Source: an uncultured Caulobacterales bacterium (GTDB lineage Bacteria; Pseudomonadota; Alphaproteobacteria; Caulobacterales; Maricaulaceae). From it: a DNA stretch of 64,000 bases. This document shows positions 51,552 through 61,713 of this stretch, piece after piece. The stretch covers positions 365,725 through 429,724 of the forward strand of contig CALLIK010000004.1 in assembly GCA_938009235.1 (NCBI GenBank), in the 5' to 3' direction. The position numbers were made by a program, and so were the translations under genes. The notes beneath the pieces are model-generated. The model was not told the DNA's origin, did no database searches, and saw nothing but the letters and a program-made list of their open reading frames with translations. Positions within the stretch are counted from its first letter, which is position 1. Every line of letters begins with the position of its first letter.

Positions 51552-52022
51552 TTACCACTGTCCGACATAGCGCGTCGCTCGTATCTCAACATCAGGCAAA
51601 GCTTCCACATATTGCAGCCATTTTTCGTCTATTTCACACGCCGGTATCATTACAAAGCCCCGATCTAGCATACGAGGGTGTGGCAAAGTCAGAGCCTCCG
51701 TATCGCGGGTCACCTGACCAAAGATCAAAAGGTCCAAGTCAAGTGTACGCGCCGCATTTGCAACGGTTCTTTTACGGCCAAGGGCGGTTTCTATTGCGAG
51801 CATCTGCCTCAAAAGCGCTTCAGGCTCACCGTCGAAATAGCCAGCCACGACAGCGTTCAGGTAATCGGGTGTATCAGATCCTGCAGGCCATGCAGGAGAT
51901 TGCCAAAGGCCTGATTTTTGCCGCAGGCTAAACCCACTTTCGCAAAGCATAACTAAAGCGAGTTGAAAGTTAACTTTAGGGTTGGATAGATTTCCACCAA
52001 ATGCGATAAGACACTCAGACAT
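51552..52022 (-). CDS. folK: 2-amino-4-hydroxy-6-hydroxymethyldihydropteridine diphosphokinase
   Basis: GGNL, YLNAV, RTLDLDLL, LPHPR. Confidence 0.92.
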   Translation of the reverse strand: MSECLIAFGGNLSNPKVNFQLALVMLCESGFSLRQKSGLWQSPAWPAGSDTPDYLNAVVAGYFDGEPEALLRQMLAIETALGRKRTVANAARTLDLDLLIFGQVTRDTEALTLPHPRMLDRGFVMIPACEIDEKWLQYVEALPDVEIRATRYVGQW

Positions 52023-52056
52023 ATTTTTAAACTATTTCTACACAGAGTTTCATTGA

Positions 52057-52614
52057 ATGGCCTTTTATCCAGATGAGCGTATAGCGATCTTCGTTGACGG
52101 CGCAAACTTCCACTCTACTAGCAAGTCTTTAGATTTTGACATTGATTACAAGCGCATGCTTGAGCTTTTTAAGGGAAAAGGCCGTCTGATCTGTGCGAAT
52201 TACTACACTGCGCTTCTTGAAAACGCTGATTTTTCACCGATAAGGCCTTTAATCGACTGGCTCGATTACAATGGCTACAACGTCATTACAAAGCCTGCAA
52301 AAACCTACATAGACCGCGAAGGTCGTAGCCGCACGAAGGGCAACATGGACATTGAAATGGTCGTGGACATGCTTGGAATGGCGGAACATGTAGACCACAT
52401 GATACTCTGCACTGGCGATGGCGACTTCCGCGCCGCAGTGAAAGCGGTTCAAAGCCAAGGCACACGGGTTTCCGTTGTCTCGTCAATGAAAACGCGGCCC
52501 GCTATGCTATCTGATGATTTACGCCGACAAGCCAATGCCGTCATAGAAGTCGCAGACATGGAAAACCTAATCGGGCGCCCTCGCCGTGAATATGCGGACC
52601 ATGATGATGACTGA
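52057..52614 (+). CDS. NYN-domain (LabA/DUF88) protein
   Basis: FVDGAN, KGNMDIE, GDGDF, SDDLRRQA. Confidence 0.92.
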   Translation: MAFYPDERIAIFVDGANFHSTSKSLDFDIDYKRMLELFKGKGRLICANYYTALLENADFSPIRPLIDWLDYNGYNVITKPAKTYIDREGRSRTKGNMDIEMVVDMLGMAEHVDHMILCTGDGDFRAAVKAVQSQGTRVSVVSSMKTRPAMLSDDLRRQANAVIEVADMENLIGRPRREYADHDDD

Positions 52615-53248
52615 TGTAAACGCCCCATATAGCTGCCAAAAGTGCCCACGACTCGCAGGTTTTCTGGATGAACAACGCATAGCTCTTCCTGATTATTTTA
52701 ACGGGCCTGTGCCAAACTTTTACGCACCTGATCCAAAATTACTAATTGTTGGTCTCGCGCCAGGGCTGCACGGCGCAAATCAGACAGGGCGTCCATTCAC
52801 AGGTGATGCTGCGGGAGATCTTCTATATATGGCCTTAGATAAGTTCGGCTTTTCCACAGGGTCATACGACAAACATGCGGATGACGGCCTCAAGCTCAAA
52901 GACGCAATGATTACCAATGTCGTCCGTTGCGTGCCGCCACAAAACAAGCCTGTTGCAGCAGAAATCAACATGTGTCGAGATAGCTACCACGCACCTCAGC
53001 TTGAAGCCCTACCAAAACTCAAGGTTATGCTATGCCTTGGAAAGATTAGTCATGACAGTACTCTGCGCGCATTAGGCATGAGATTGGCGACTTATAAATT
53101 TGGTCACGGCACTGAATATGAAGACCCTGTAGGGCGCACAATTCTGTCTAGCTATCATTGCTCTCGATATAATACGAATACCAAGCGCCTGACCGAAAAG
53201 ATGTTCTTCGACATTTTCGCGCGCGCACGTGAGCTGTGCGACGCTTAG
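52607..53248 (+). CDS. Uracil-DNA glycosylase (family 5-like)
   Basis: [42 protein letters not shown]. Confidence 0.9.
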   Translation: MTDVNAPYSCQKCPRLAGFLDEQRIALPDYFNGPVPNFYAPDPKLLIVGLAPGLHGANQTGRPFTGDAAGDLLYMALDKFGFSTGSYDKHADDGLKLKDAMITNVVRCVPPQNKPVAAEINMCRDSYHAPQLEALPKLKVMLCLGKISHDSTLRALGMRLATYKFGHGTEYEDPVGRTILSSYHCSRYNTNTKRLTEKMFFDIFARARELCDA

Positions 53249-53739
53249 CCTTTTTCGCGCATCAATCGCGCTTTTTGCTTCTGCCAATCGCGTTTCTTTT
53301 CAGTGTCGCGTTTGTCATAATTCTGCTTACCAGTAGCCGTTGCGAGAAGAAGCTTAGCTATTCCCTTCTCGTTAAAGTACATTTTTAACGCTACAATTGT
53401 GCGGCCCTTACGCTGCGTATCACCTAGCAATTGGTTTATTTGCTTGCGTTTAAGTAAAAGCTTCCGTGGCCGCGTCGGTAAATGATTAAACTGACTGGCC
53501 GGAGCGTAGATCGGGATATTGGCATTGATCAACCATGCTTCGTTGTTTTCAACGGCAACGTAACTCTCGGCGATATTAGCTTGGCCTAACCTCAGTGCTT
53601 TCACCTCAGTACCAACAAGAAGCATTCCAGCTTCTACCGTATCCTCTACGGCATAGTCGTAACGCGCCTTGCGGTTTTCCGCTAGTGTGGTGTCCGTTGA
53701 CCCAGCCTTCTTCTTTCGACCACCCGCCTTACTCGACAT
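53245..53739 (-). CDS. smpB: SsrA-binding protein
   Basis: [25 protein letters not shown]. Confidence 0.96.
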   Translation of the reverse strand: MSSKAGGRKKKAGSTDTTLAENRKARYDYAVEDTVEAGMLLVGTEVKALRLGQANIAESYVAVENNEAWLINANIPIYAPASQFNHLPTRPRKLLLKRKQINQLLGDTQRKGRTIVALKMYFNEKGIAKLLLATATGKQNYDKRDTEKKRDWQKQKARLMREKG

Positions 53740-53740
53740 A

Positions 53741-54616
53741 TCAGTACTTTACGCCAGCCTGAGCCATAGCTGCTCGCACGATCTCTTTGGTCGACTCACG
53801 ACATTCGGTTATTGGCAAACGCACATTTGGCTCCATTTTCCCCATCAGCGACAAGGCATATTTTGCAGGGCCAGGACTTGGGTCAACGAAAAGGTCTTTA
53901 TGAAGTCTATCTAAGACAGCATTGATAGCTCTCGCCTCAACATAATTTCCCGCCAAAAGAGCATTATGGAAATTCGCATAAGCTTCTGGAGCAATATTTG
54001 ATCCGACTGAAATCGTGCCGCTACCGCCATGAGCGCTGTGCCCTAGTGTAGTTGGGTCATCACCTGAAAGCTGAATAAAGTCTTCGCCACACCTTACAGT
54101 GAGTCCAGCAACGCGTGAAATATCACCCGTTGCATCTTTGCATCCGATCACAGTTGGGAGCTTTGACAAACGCTCCATCGTGTCTTGTTCAATGTCCACA
54201 ACACTTCTGCCTGGAATGTTGTATACAACGATGGGTATATCGACTGCTTCAGATATCGCTTTAAAATGCTGAAAAATGCCTTCTTGTGAAGGCTTGTTGT
54301 AATAAGGTGTAACAACAAGAGCCGCATCAGCTCCCATAGCTTTCGCATGTTGAGCGTATTTTATTGATACGCGAGTCTCATTCGACCCAGCACCTGCGAT
54401 AACAGGCACCCGATCATTTGCAACTTCGGACGTCAAACGAATAACCCGTTGATGTTCTTCATCAGTTAAAGTCGCGCTTTCTCCCGTTGTTCCGCACGGC
54501 ACTAGTCCATGCGTTCCTGACGCGATTTGCCATTCGACAAAATCCTGAAACGCCTGTTCATCTATTCGATCATCCTTGAACGGCGTCACGAGAGCTGTAA
54601 TCGACCCTTTTATCAT
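53741..54616 (-). CDS. dapA: 4-hydroxy-tetrahydrodipicolinate synthase
   Basis: GTTGES, PYYNKP, YNIPGR, KDATG. Confidence 0.96.
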   Translation of the reverse strand: MIKGSITALVTPFKDDRIDEQAFQDFVEWQIASGTHGLVPCGTTGESATLTDEEHQRVIRLTSEVANDRVPVIAGAGSNETRVSIKYAQHAKAMGADAALVVTPYYNKPSQEGIFQHFKAISEAVDIPIVVYNIPGRSVVDIEQDTMERLSKLPTVIGCKDATGDISRVAGLTVRCGEDFIQLSGDDPTTLGHSAHGGSGTISVGSNIAPEAYANFHNALLAGNYVEARAINAVLDRLHKDLFVDPSPGPAKYALSLMGKMEPNVRLPITECRESTKEIVRAAMAQAGVKY

Positions 54617-54735
54617 GTTTGTCTTTCGTTATGCGGTTATATAGGCCCGTATCATTTGTGGCCTGATAGCGTCGATGTGGACTTGGATTCAAGATATCGT
54701 TTCGAGCAGTTACACTACTTGATGGAAGAAAGTAT

Positions 54736-56805
54736 ATGTGGGTTAACGGTGAGACTGAAACGAGGCTTAAATTTGGCCTAAAATCGACCATTATTTCATT
54801 TTTCTGTGTTTTGTTTACGGCGACTGCGGCCTTTGCTGTGACACCTACGCCTCGTCTGAAGCCAACCCCTCCGCCTATGTCAGCGTTTCTAAGCGAATCT
54901 GATGCAAAAATATTCCGTAAGGGCTTAAGTGCTTCCAAGGCTCAACGCTGGACTGACCTGAACAAAGCCACTCTTTCGGTCAGCGACCCCGTTGCCAAAG
55001 ACACACTGAGATGGCTCAGAGCCACGAGGGACAGAAATGCGCCCATAGACACCCTGACATATGTTCATAAAAATATGACAGACTGGCCACGTATGACGAC
55101 CGTCCGCGCTGAGGCGGAACGAAGAATGTACGATAAGAACTGGACGACGCAGCAGGTGTTCAACTGGTTTGTTGGCACGGAGCCTGTCTCAGGTGAAGGT
55201 CGCGCAGCGCTTGCGCACGCCTATTTCGATCGCGGTGATGATGTCAGCGGCGAAAAATATATGCGTTTAGCGTGGCGTGAAAGTAAACTTACACGCGACC
55301 GTCAGAAAAAAATGTTCGCTCAGAATAGGAAAAAACTCACCAAGAGCGATCATGCCGCACGTGCAGACCACCTTATTTGGTCTGGATCACGACATTACGA
55401 CAAAGCCCGCGCCCTTCTTTCTCATATGAGCAAAGACGACAGAGCCGTAATGAACGCTCGCATGAAGTTAAACAGAAATGCCTCTGGAATGGATGCGGCC
55501 CTAAGGCTCGTCCCAGAAAACAAGTTAACTGACCCAGGTCTTCTCTATGAGCGCGCGCGTTGGAGAAGAAAGAGAAAAACCAAGACCTACGCCCTCCCTG
55601 TTTACATGACCGCTAGGACGGCCCCTACATCGGACCTTGGGAAAAAAGCCGTCTGGCGCGAGAAAAAGATAATGGCCTATTGGGCTATATCAGAAAAAAA
55701 AATGAAAGAGGCTTATCAGCTTAGTTTGCACCATGGCTTTGAGCGTGGAACTGAATTCGCAGAAGCTGAGTTTTTAGCTGGCTGGTTGGCGTTAACTGAA
55801 ATGCATGAGCCTGACCGTGCTCTACGGCATTTCACACGCCTTCGCGATGGTGTCGGCTCCCCTATCTCGCTCTCCCGCGCGCATTACTGGGTCGGAAGAG
55901 CTCATGAAGCTCAACAGGATGGTCAACAGATCGAGCATTACCGCCAGGCCGCTCAGTACCCGAATACATACTATGGAATGCTAGCGGGATTAGAGGCTGA
56001 AGGCGCAGAGCATCGTGTGGCTTTGCCGCCAGAGTTTATTGCCGCTCAAGCCAAGGCAGAGTTTGCAATCGATAACCGTGTCCGCGCGTTGCATCTTTTG
56101 GGTGAAGCCGGTGAACAGACTTATTTTTCTCAGATAGCTTTCTACTTAGACGACCAAGTTGATAGTCTTTCCAAGCTCTCTCTTATCTCGGAGCTAGCTG
56201 CAGATTATGGATTCATGCGTCCTTCACTTAGGGCGGCTAAACAATCAGGACGGTTCCAGTCTATGCTTACGGAAAGCGGTTATCCAACGGTGAGTGCTAT
56301 TGATGCCTTACCAAAGAACAAGTTTGAACACCCATTTGTTTACGCCATAGCACGTCAAGAAAGTGAATTTGCTACGAATGCCGTCAGTTCCGCGAAAGCC
56401 TTCGGTATGATGCAAATGATCAACTCAACAGCAAAAGCGACGGCGCGCAAACATCGCATTCCTTATGACGTCAACAAATTGGCATCAGATGGAGATTACG
56501 CTGCAAAAATGGGCGCACTACATTTAAACGACCTTTTGGATCGATGGGATGGGTCCTATATTTTGGCCGCAGTGAGTTACAACGCTGGACCACACCGAGC
56601 CAAACAATGGATTAAAAAATACGGCGATCCTCGTAGCGGCGAAATTGACGCTATCGATTGGGTTGAAAAAATTCCGTTTTCCGAGACTCGTAATTACGTG
56701 ATGCGCGTCATGGAGAACATGCAGGTTTACCGCGCAAGGCTAAATAACGATAATATTAAGAACCAGCTTGAACGCGATTTACGAACTGGCCAACAAGCTT
56801 ATTAA
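54736..56805 (+). CDS. Soluble lytic transglycosylase (Slt-type)
   Basis: ARQESEF, GMMQM, SYNAGP, IPFSETRNYV; helical N-terminal region; start uncertain. Confidence 0.9.
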   Translation: MWVNGETETRLKFGLKSTIISFFCVLFTATAAFAVTPTPRLKPTPPPMSAFLSESDAKIFRKGLSASKAQRWTDLNKATLSVSDPVAKDTLRWLRATRDRNAPIDTLTYVHKNMTDWPRMTTVRAEAERRMYDKNWTTQQVFNWFVGTEPVSGEGRAALAHAYFDRGDDVSGEKYMRLAWRESKLTRDRQKKMFAQNRKKLTKSDHAARADHLIWSGSRHYDKARALLSHMSKDDRAVMNARMKLNRNASGMDAALRLVPENKLTDPGLLYERARWRRKRKTKTYALPVYMTARTAPTSDLGKKAVWREKKIMAYWAISEKKMKEAYQLSLHHGFERGTEFAEAEFLAGWLALTEMHEPDRALRHFTRLRDGVGSPISLSRAHYWVGRAHEAQQDGQQIEHYRQAAQYPNTYYGMLAGLEAEGAEHRVALPPEFIAAQAKAEFAIDNRVRALHLLGEAGEQTYFSQIAFYLDDQVDSLSKLSLISELAADYGFMRPSLRAAKQSGRFQSMLTESGYPTVSAIDALPKNKFEHPFVYAIARQESEFATNAVSSAKAFGMMQMINSTAKATARKHRIPYDVNKLASDGDYAAKMGALHLNDLLDRWDGSYILAAVSYNAGPHRAKQWIKKYGDPRSGEIDAIDWVEKIPFSETRNYVMRVMENMQVYRARLNNDNIKNQLERDLRTGQQAY

Positions 56806-56833
56806 GGCCGCACGGTTTATGTTGAGAACATGA

Positions 56834-57832
56834 ATGAAATATCAATCTTCAGACAGGGCTTTCCCGACAACACGGCTTATGCAAAGCAAGCTCAACTCTA
56901 GTTTCAGGACGACATCTTTGGCCATTCCACTTCCATCAACTGATATCCCTACAGATATTCAAACTATGCGTGGGTTGATTGAGGCCCGTCTTTCGGAAGT
57001 TGTTCCATCTGTCACGACATGGCCTGCCCGCCTGCACGAAGCTCAACGACACGCCCTACTTTCACCTGGAAAACGCTTTCGGCCTTTGCTTTGTATATTT
57101 ATCGCAAAGGGTGGTGGCATACGAGATACGGTAGAGCTTGATGCCGCTATATCGACAGGGTGTGTCGCAGAAATGGTTCATGCAGCATCCCTAATTTTAG
57201 ACGATCTTCCCTGCATGGATGATGCCGACCTGCGCCGTAACCAGCCTACAACTCATATTGCATTTGATGAGAGTACAGCAATTTTATCTGCAACGGCTTT
57301 ACTCAACAGGGCTTTCGGCGTTCTTTCACGTTTGGATCAAGTTAGCGCAGAGCGGCGCATCGAAATGATTGACCTTCTGTCTTATGCAGTTGGGTCAAAA
57401 GGGTTGATTGCAGGACAGATGGCAGACCTTGCAAATGTCGACAAAGGCACAACGATTGCTGAAATTGAACGCTTAAATACGCTAAAAACAGGTGCTCTAT
57501 TTGACTTTAGTGTTGAATCTGCTGCGATTTTGTCTGGAATGCGAGCCTCACAACGCGCTGCACTTAAAGATTTTTCTTATCATTTAGGCTTGGCGTTCCA
57601 ACTTTTCGATGACGTTAAAGACGTTGTCATGAGTGACACTCAAGCGGAAAAATCCGTAAACCGCGACGTAGGGAAAGCAACGATTTTAGCTATAGCAGGC
57701 TCAGCAGCCTCTAAAGATAAACTGCGTGATTATTTAGACAGTGCTACCGCGGCTTTACAACGTGCGGAGTTATCTAATTTAGAGAGTCTCACCGCCATTT
57801 TGGACAATCAATTTGCCTTCCTCCGCACCTAA
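56834..57832 (+). CDS. crtE: Geranylgeranyl diphosphate synthase
   Basis: GKRFRP, HAASLILDDLPCMD, KTGALF, FQLFDD; upstream of crtW/crtZ; start uncertain. Confidence 0.82.
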   Translation: MKYQSSDRAFPTTRLMQSKLNSSFRTTSLAIPLPSTDIPTDIQTMRGLIEARLSEVVPSVTTWPARLHEAQRHALLSPGKRFRPLLCIFIAKGGGIRDTVELDAAISTGCVAEMVHAASLILDDLPCMDDADLRRNQPTTHIAFDESTAILSATALLNRAFGVLSRLDQVSAERRIEMIDLLSYAVGSKGLIAGQMADLANVDKGTTIAEIERLNTLKTGALFDFSVESAAILSGMRASQRAALKDFSYHLGLAFQLFDDVKDVVMSDTQAEKSVNRDVGKATILAIAGSAASKDKLRDYLDSATAALQRAELSNLESLTAILDNQFAFLRT

Positions 57833-58772
57833 AATAGAGCCACGTAAATTGGTCTTACAGGCTAAAAATATATCCGTTATGTATGGGAAACATAAGGCTC
57901 TAGACAACCTAAGCTTAGACATAAGTTCGGGAGAGCTAGTTGGCGTCATTGGACCTAATGGAGCAGGTAAAACGAGCTTCATCAAAGCTTTGTGCGGAAG
58001 AGTTGACGTGAAAGGCCAGCTAGTCATAGGTAACACTAATCTTCAACAAGGCACAGATCGCAAGCGTCATATTTCGCTCGTGCCGCAAGACATCGGGCTC
58101 TACTCACACCTAACGGCAAGAGAAAATTTATCAGTCATTGGGCGTTTAGTCGGATTGAAAGATAAACTCGCCATAACAGAGGCCTTAGAGGCTGTGGAAA
58201 TGACGCCGCATGCGAAAACACGCATATCCGAAATGTCTGGTGGCATGAAACGGCGCATCAATGTTGCAGCTGCCATAATGTCAGATCCTGAACTTATTAT
58301 TTTTGACGAACCGACAGCCGGAGTTGATGCACCCGCACGCGATACGGTTCACCGACTAGCCCGAAAATTAGCAAATCAGGGAAAAGCCGTAATCCTGATC
58401 ACCCACGAATTAGAACAAGCCGAAGCCCTTTGCGATAAGGTTCTTGTCCTGTGCAAAGGTGAACGACTGGCCTACGAAGCCCCTTCTCGCTTACTCGAAC
58501 GCAGTTTTAAATCCCAACGCGAGGTTATGGTCCGTTATGCAACGCCGCCCGCCTCTGAAGCTCTGACTGCCATGAGCCCGTTTTCTTTCGAACAAGGCGA
58601 GCTACCAACAATATGGGTCGCAATGACAGATGCGAATGAAGTTAGTTTTGTCTCGGCCTTCCTGACGTCCCTCAAGGGACAAGATGACCTTGTTCGGGAA
58701 ATCAGCGTTCGCAGGCCTGGCCTTACGGCGCTGATGCACCGCATAGAAAAAACAGGTAAACTTGCCGCGTGA
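57813..58772 (+). CDS. ABC-2 type exporter ATP-binding protein
   Basis: GPNGAGKT, MSGGMKRR, DEPTAGVD, ITH. Confidence 0.92.
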   Translation: MPSSAPKIEPRKLVLQAKNISVMYGKHKALDNLSLDISSGELVGVIGPNGAGKTSFIKALCGRVDVKGQLVIGNTNLQQGTDRKRHISLVPQDIGLYSHLTARENLSVIGRLVGLKDKLAITEALEAVEMTPHAKTRISEMSGGMKRRINVAAAIMSDPELIIFDEPTAGVDAPARDTVHRLARKLANQGKAVILITHELEQAEALCDKVLVLCKGERLAYEAPSRLLERSFKSQREVMVRYATPPASEALTAMSPFSFEQGELPTIWVAMTDANEVSFVSAFLTSLKGQDDLVREISVRRPGLTALMHRIEKTGKLAA

Positions 58773-59863
58773 TTAGAGCCATCTTTAAAATAATGTGGCT
58801 GCGGCTCTGGCGCGATAAAGGCGCTTTAATCCTAGCGTTTGTCTTGCCTGGATTCATCTTCGCTGTTTTTGCGGCTATATTCTCTAATGCATCAGGCGGA
58901 AACCTCGATCTACGGGTCGCACTCGCCAATATATCCGAGGTAGAAACGACAATATCATTCCAAGACCAACTAATCGAAACAGGTGTTATATCTGTTACCT
59001 ATGAAGCGTCTTGGGGGAGCGAGGATGTCATAAAGCGTGTCAGGCTTGGGCAAGAAGACGTAGGCATTATTCTGTCTGGGGACATTTCAGACCCCTCAAT
59101 ACCTTCCATCAAAATCATTGAAGACCCTAGCCGAAAAGTTGCTGCAACAGTCCTAAAGGGTCAATTGCGCCAAATGCTAGTGACAAATGCAGGCCTAAAA
59201 GGTGCAGACCTTTTTGAGACCACCTCAGCTCTAAAGGCCGATACGGCTAAAACTCTAGAAGACCCAACCGTCACCTATTATATAGGGGCAACCGCTATTC
59301 TCTTCTTACTTTTTTCTGCGATGCAAGGCGCTGCGATTTCGATTGATGAGCGCCGCAGCGGGATCAGTGATCGTTTGATGGTCGGTCCTGTGGGGGCAAT
59401 GAATATTTTATCAGGAAAATTTGTCTTTCTATCTTCGATTGGGTTCATACAAGCGGCCATAATATGTGCTGTTGCGCAGATATTTTTTGATGTTCCAATT
59501 GTACAGCACATTAGCCCAGTTACATTAGCTTGCTTAGGCACAGCCGTTCTCTCATCTGGCCTCGCGTTGTTAATTGCATCCCTTTGCAGTACCCAAACCC
59601 AAATGCATACCGTCAGCACATTCACGGTCCTTCTGCTATCATCGATAGGTGGGTCAATGGTTCCAAGATTTATGATGCCAGCATGGTTACAAAGATTAGG
59701 TATAGGGACGCCCAATTATTGGTCGATAGAAGCATTCTATGGCGTTTTGGCACGGGGACAATCCGTCATTGATCTGCTACATGTCTGGATAGTGTTATTT
59801 GGCGGTGGAGGCATTTGCCTCTTACTGGCAGCTTTTATGTCACACAAATTAATGAGGGTTTAG
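58769..59863 (+). CDS. ABC-2 type exporter permease
   Basis: One TM, an extracytoplasmic loop, then about five TM; ERRSG..DRL, GGSMVP. Confidence 0.88.
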   Translation: MIRAIFKIMWLRLWRDKGALILAFVLPGFIFAVFAAIFSNASGGNLDLRVALANISEVETTISFQDQLIETGVISVTYEASWGSEDVIKRVRLGQEDVGIILSGDISDPSIPSIKIIEDPSRKVAATVLKGQLRQMLVTNAGLKGADLFETTSALKADTAKTLEDPTVTYYIGATAILFLLFSAMQGAAISIDERRSGISDRLMVGPVGAMNILSGKFVFLSSIGFIQAAIICAVAQIFFDVPIVQHISPVTLACLGTAVLSSGLALLIASLCSTQTQMHTVSTFTVLLLSSIGGSMVPRFMMPAWLQRLGIGTPNYWSIEAFYGVLARGQSVIDLLHVWIVLFGGGGICLLLAAFMSHKLMRV

Positions 59864-60583
59864 GTGCAATCCACCACAACTGAACATACGGCGTTAAATA
59901 TGGGTCCTATATATGGCGGCCTAATCGTGGTTGCTTGGGTTTTCGTACATGTCTTTAGCGTTTTTTTCCACTACCTCTCAGCGCCTATTTGGCAAACGGT
60001 TGCCCTTATAGCCCTTCAATGTTGGCTATATACGGGCATGTTTATTGTTGCCCATGACACGATGCATGGATCTTTTCTGCCAAATCATGAACGATTAAAT
60101 AATGCCATCGGAAGCGCTATAATGTTTGTCTACGCGGGCTTTAATTGGCGCTCCATGCGATCTGCTCACCATGCTCATCATGACAATTCTGGTACAGCCA
60201 ATGATCCTGATTTCAATAAGCAGAACCCATATGCATTTTGGCCATGGTATTTTAAATTCTTCACAACCTATTTTCGGTGGCGGCAAATCATAGTCTTAGT
60301 TGGCTTTACGGCTTTATACCTCTTGCTCGGCGCGAGTTATCTCAACACTATTGTGATGTGGGCTATTCCTGCAATTATGTCATCAGTTCAACTTTTTTAC
60401 TTTGGCACCTATCTAACGCACAGACATTTAGACGCATTTCCAGACCACCACAATGCCAGAACAATTAACTTCAATCGTTTCCTGTCTTTGATATCCTGTT
60501 TTCATTTCGGGTATCATCACGAGCATCACCTTTTCCCACATGAGCCTTGGTGGAGACTACCGTATTGTAAGCGGGAGACATAA
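59864..60583 (+). CDS. crtW: Beta-carotene ketolase
   Basis: His boxes HDTMH, HHAHH and HHEHH; DPDF, QLFYFGTYLTH, CFHFGYHHEHHLFPHEPWW. Confidence 0.9.
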   Translation: MQSTTTEHTALNMGPIYGGLIVVAWVFVHVFSVFFHYLSAPIWQTVALIALQCWLYTGMFIVAHDTMHGSFLPNHERLNNAIGSAIMFVYAGFNWRSMRSAHHAHHDNSGTANDPDFNKQNPYAFWPWYFKFFTTYFRWRQIIVLVGFTALYLLLGASYLNTIVMWAIPAIMSSVQLFYFGTYLTHRHLDAFPDHHNARTINFNRFLSLISCFHFGYHHEHHLFPHEPWWRLPYCKRET

Positions 60584-60585
60584 AG

Positions 60586-61089
60586 ATGACTGTCTTAATA
60601 AACCTCAGCATAGTCATCGCATCTGTAATCGGGATGGAGCTCTTCGCGTGGGCCGTACACAAGTACATAATGCATGGTCCGGGGTGGGGTTGGCATGAAA
60701 GCCATCATACAGATTCAAACGGGATATTTGAAAAAAACGATCTCTACGGAGTTGTCTTTAGCTTCATAGCGGCGGGCTTTTTCGTAGTCGGGTCTTTGCG
60801 ATATAATTGGCTTTGGAACGTTGGTCTCGGCTTGACCCTTTATGGCGCTCTATATGCTGTGGTTCATGACGGCCTAGTACATCGACGCCTTCCCTTTCCG
60901 CGTAAAACACGTGGCACATATCTGAAACGCCTTGTCCAAGCGCACCGCCTTCATCATGCCGCACATACAAAGACAGGCTGTGTGAGCTTTGGCTTCATTT
61001 GGGCCGAAGATGTTCGCAAATTAAAAGCCCAATTAAAGGTCAATATGGCTGAAACAGACCAATCCCTTCAATCTGACCCAACGGAGTAG
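60586..61089 (+). CDS. crtZ: Beta-carotene hydroxylase
   Basis: HKYIMHG, WHESHH, FEKND, HDGLVHRR, AHRLHH, CVSFGF. Confidence 0.93.
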   Translation: MTVLINLSIVIASVIGMELFAWAVHKYIMHGPGWGWHESHHTDSNGIFEKNDLYGVVFSFIAAGFFVVGSLRYNWLWNVGLGLTLYGALYAVVHDGLVHRRLPFPRKTRGTYLKRLVQAHRLHHAAHTKTGCVSFGFIWAEDVRKLKAQLKVNMAETDQSLQSDPTE

Positions 61090-61094
61090 TTCAG

Positions 61095-61682
61095 ATGTCG
61101 AAAGGCTTTGGGCCTAATGATTTAGTTAACTGCTATCGGCGCGGCGTCTTTCCAATGGCGGACAGCCGCGAAGACGATTTCTTTTATTTAGTAGAACCAA
61201 AAGAACGCGGCATCCTACCACTTGATAAGCTTCACATATCACGTTCAATGCAAAAATTTCGACGAAAGACAGACTTAAAGGTTACGTTCAACACGGACTT
61301 TTCATCTGTTATTCAAGCCTGTGCGGATGAACGGGACGACACTTGGATTAGCTTTGGTATAGAAAGCCTCTATACACTTCTTCACAGGCGCGGCGAAGCC
61401 CATAGTGTAGAGGTTTGGGACGCCGATGTCCTTGTCGGTGGCTTATACGGCGTAACGCAAGGCGGCGCGTTTTTTGGTGAAAGCATGTTCTCCCGTCGGA
61501 CGAATGCGTCCAAAATTGCGCTGATACATCTTGTTGAACATTTAAATGATAAAAACTTTAGCCTTCTCGACACACAATTTCTGACAGAACATCTCGCCTC
61601 ACTTGGGGCTATTGAGATCCCTCAATCTGAATATCTAGAAAAATTATTGTCAGCCTTAGAAATTGACGCCTGTTTCGATTGA
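61095..61682 (+). CDS. aat: Leucyl/phenylalanyl-tRNA--protein transferase
   Basis: YRRGVFPM, AHSVEVW, GGLYG, FFGESMFS, LDTQF. Confidence 0.94.
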   Translation: MSKGFGPNDLVNCYRRGVFPMADSREDDFFYLVEPKERGILPLDKLHISRSMQKFRRKTDLKVTFNTDFSSVIQACADERDDTWISFGIESLYTLLHRRGEAHSVEVWDADVLVGGLYGVTQGGAFFGESMFSRRTNASKIALIHLVEHLNDKNFSLLDTQFLTEHLASLGAIEIPQSEYLEKLLSALEIDACFD

Positions 61683-61713
61683 CCTCTTACCTTAGAATGC
61701 GCAGAACAATTAA

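Noticed and set aside
52057..52614. NYN protein as a defence nuclease
   Set aside because: Ordinary LabA/DUF88 gene in its usual folK/rpoZ core context
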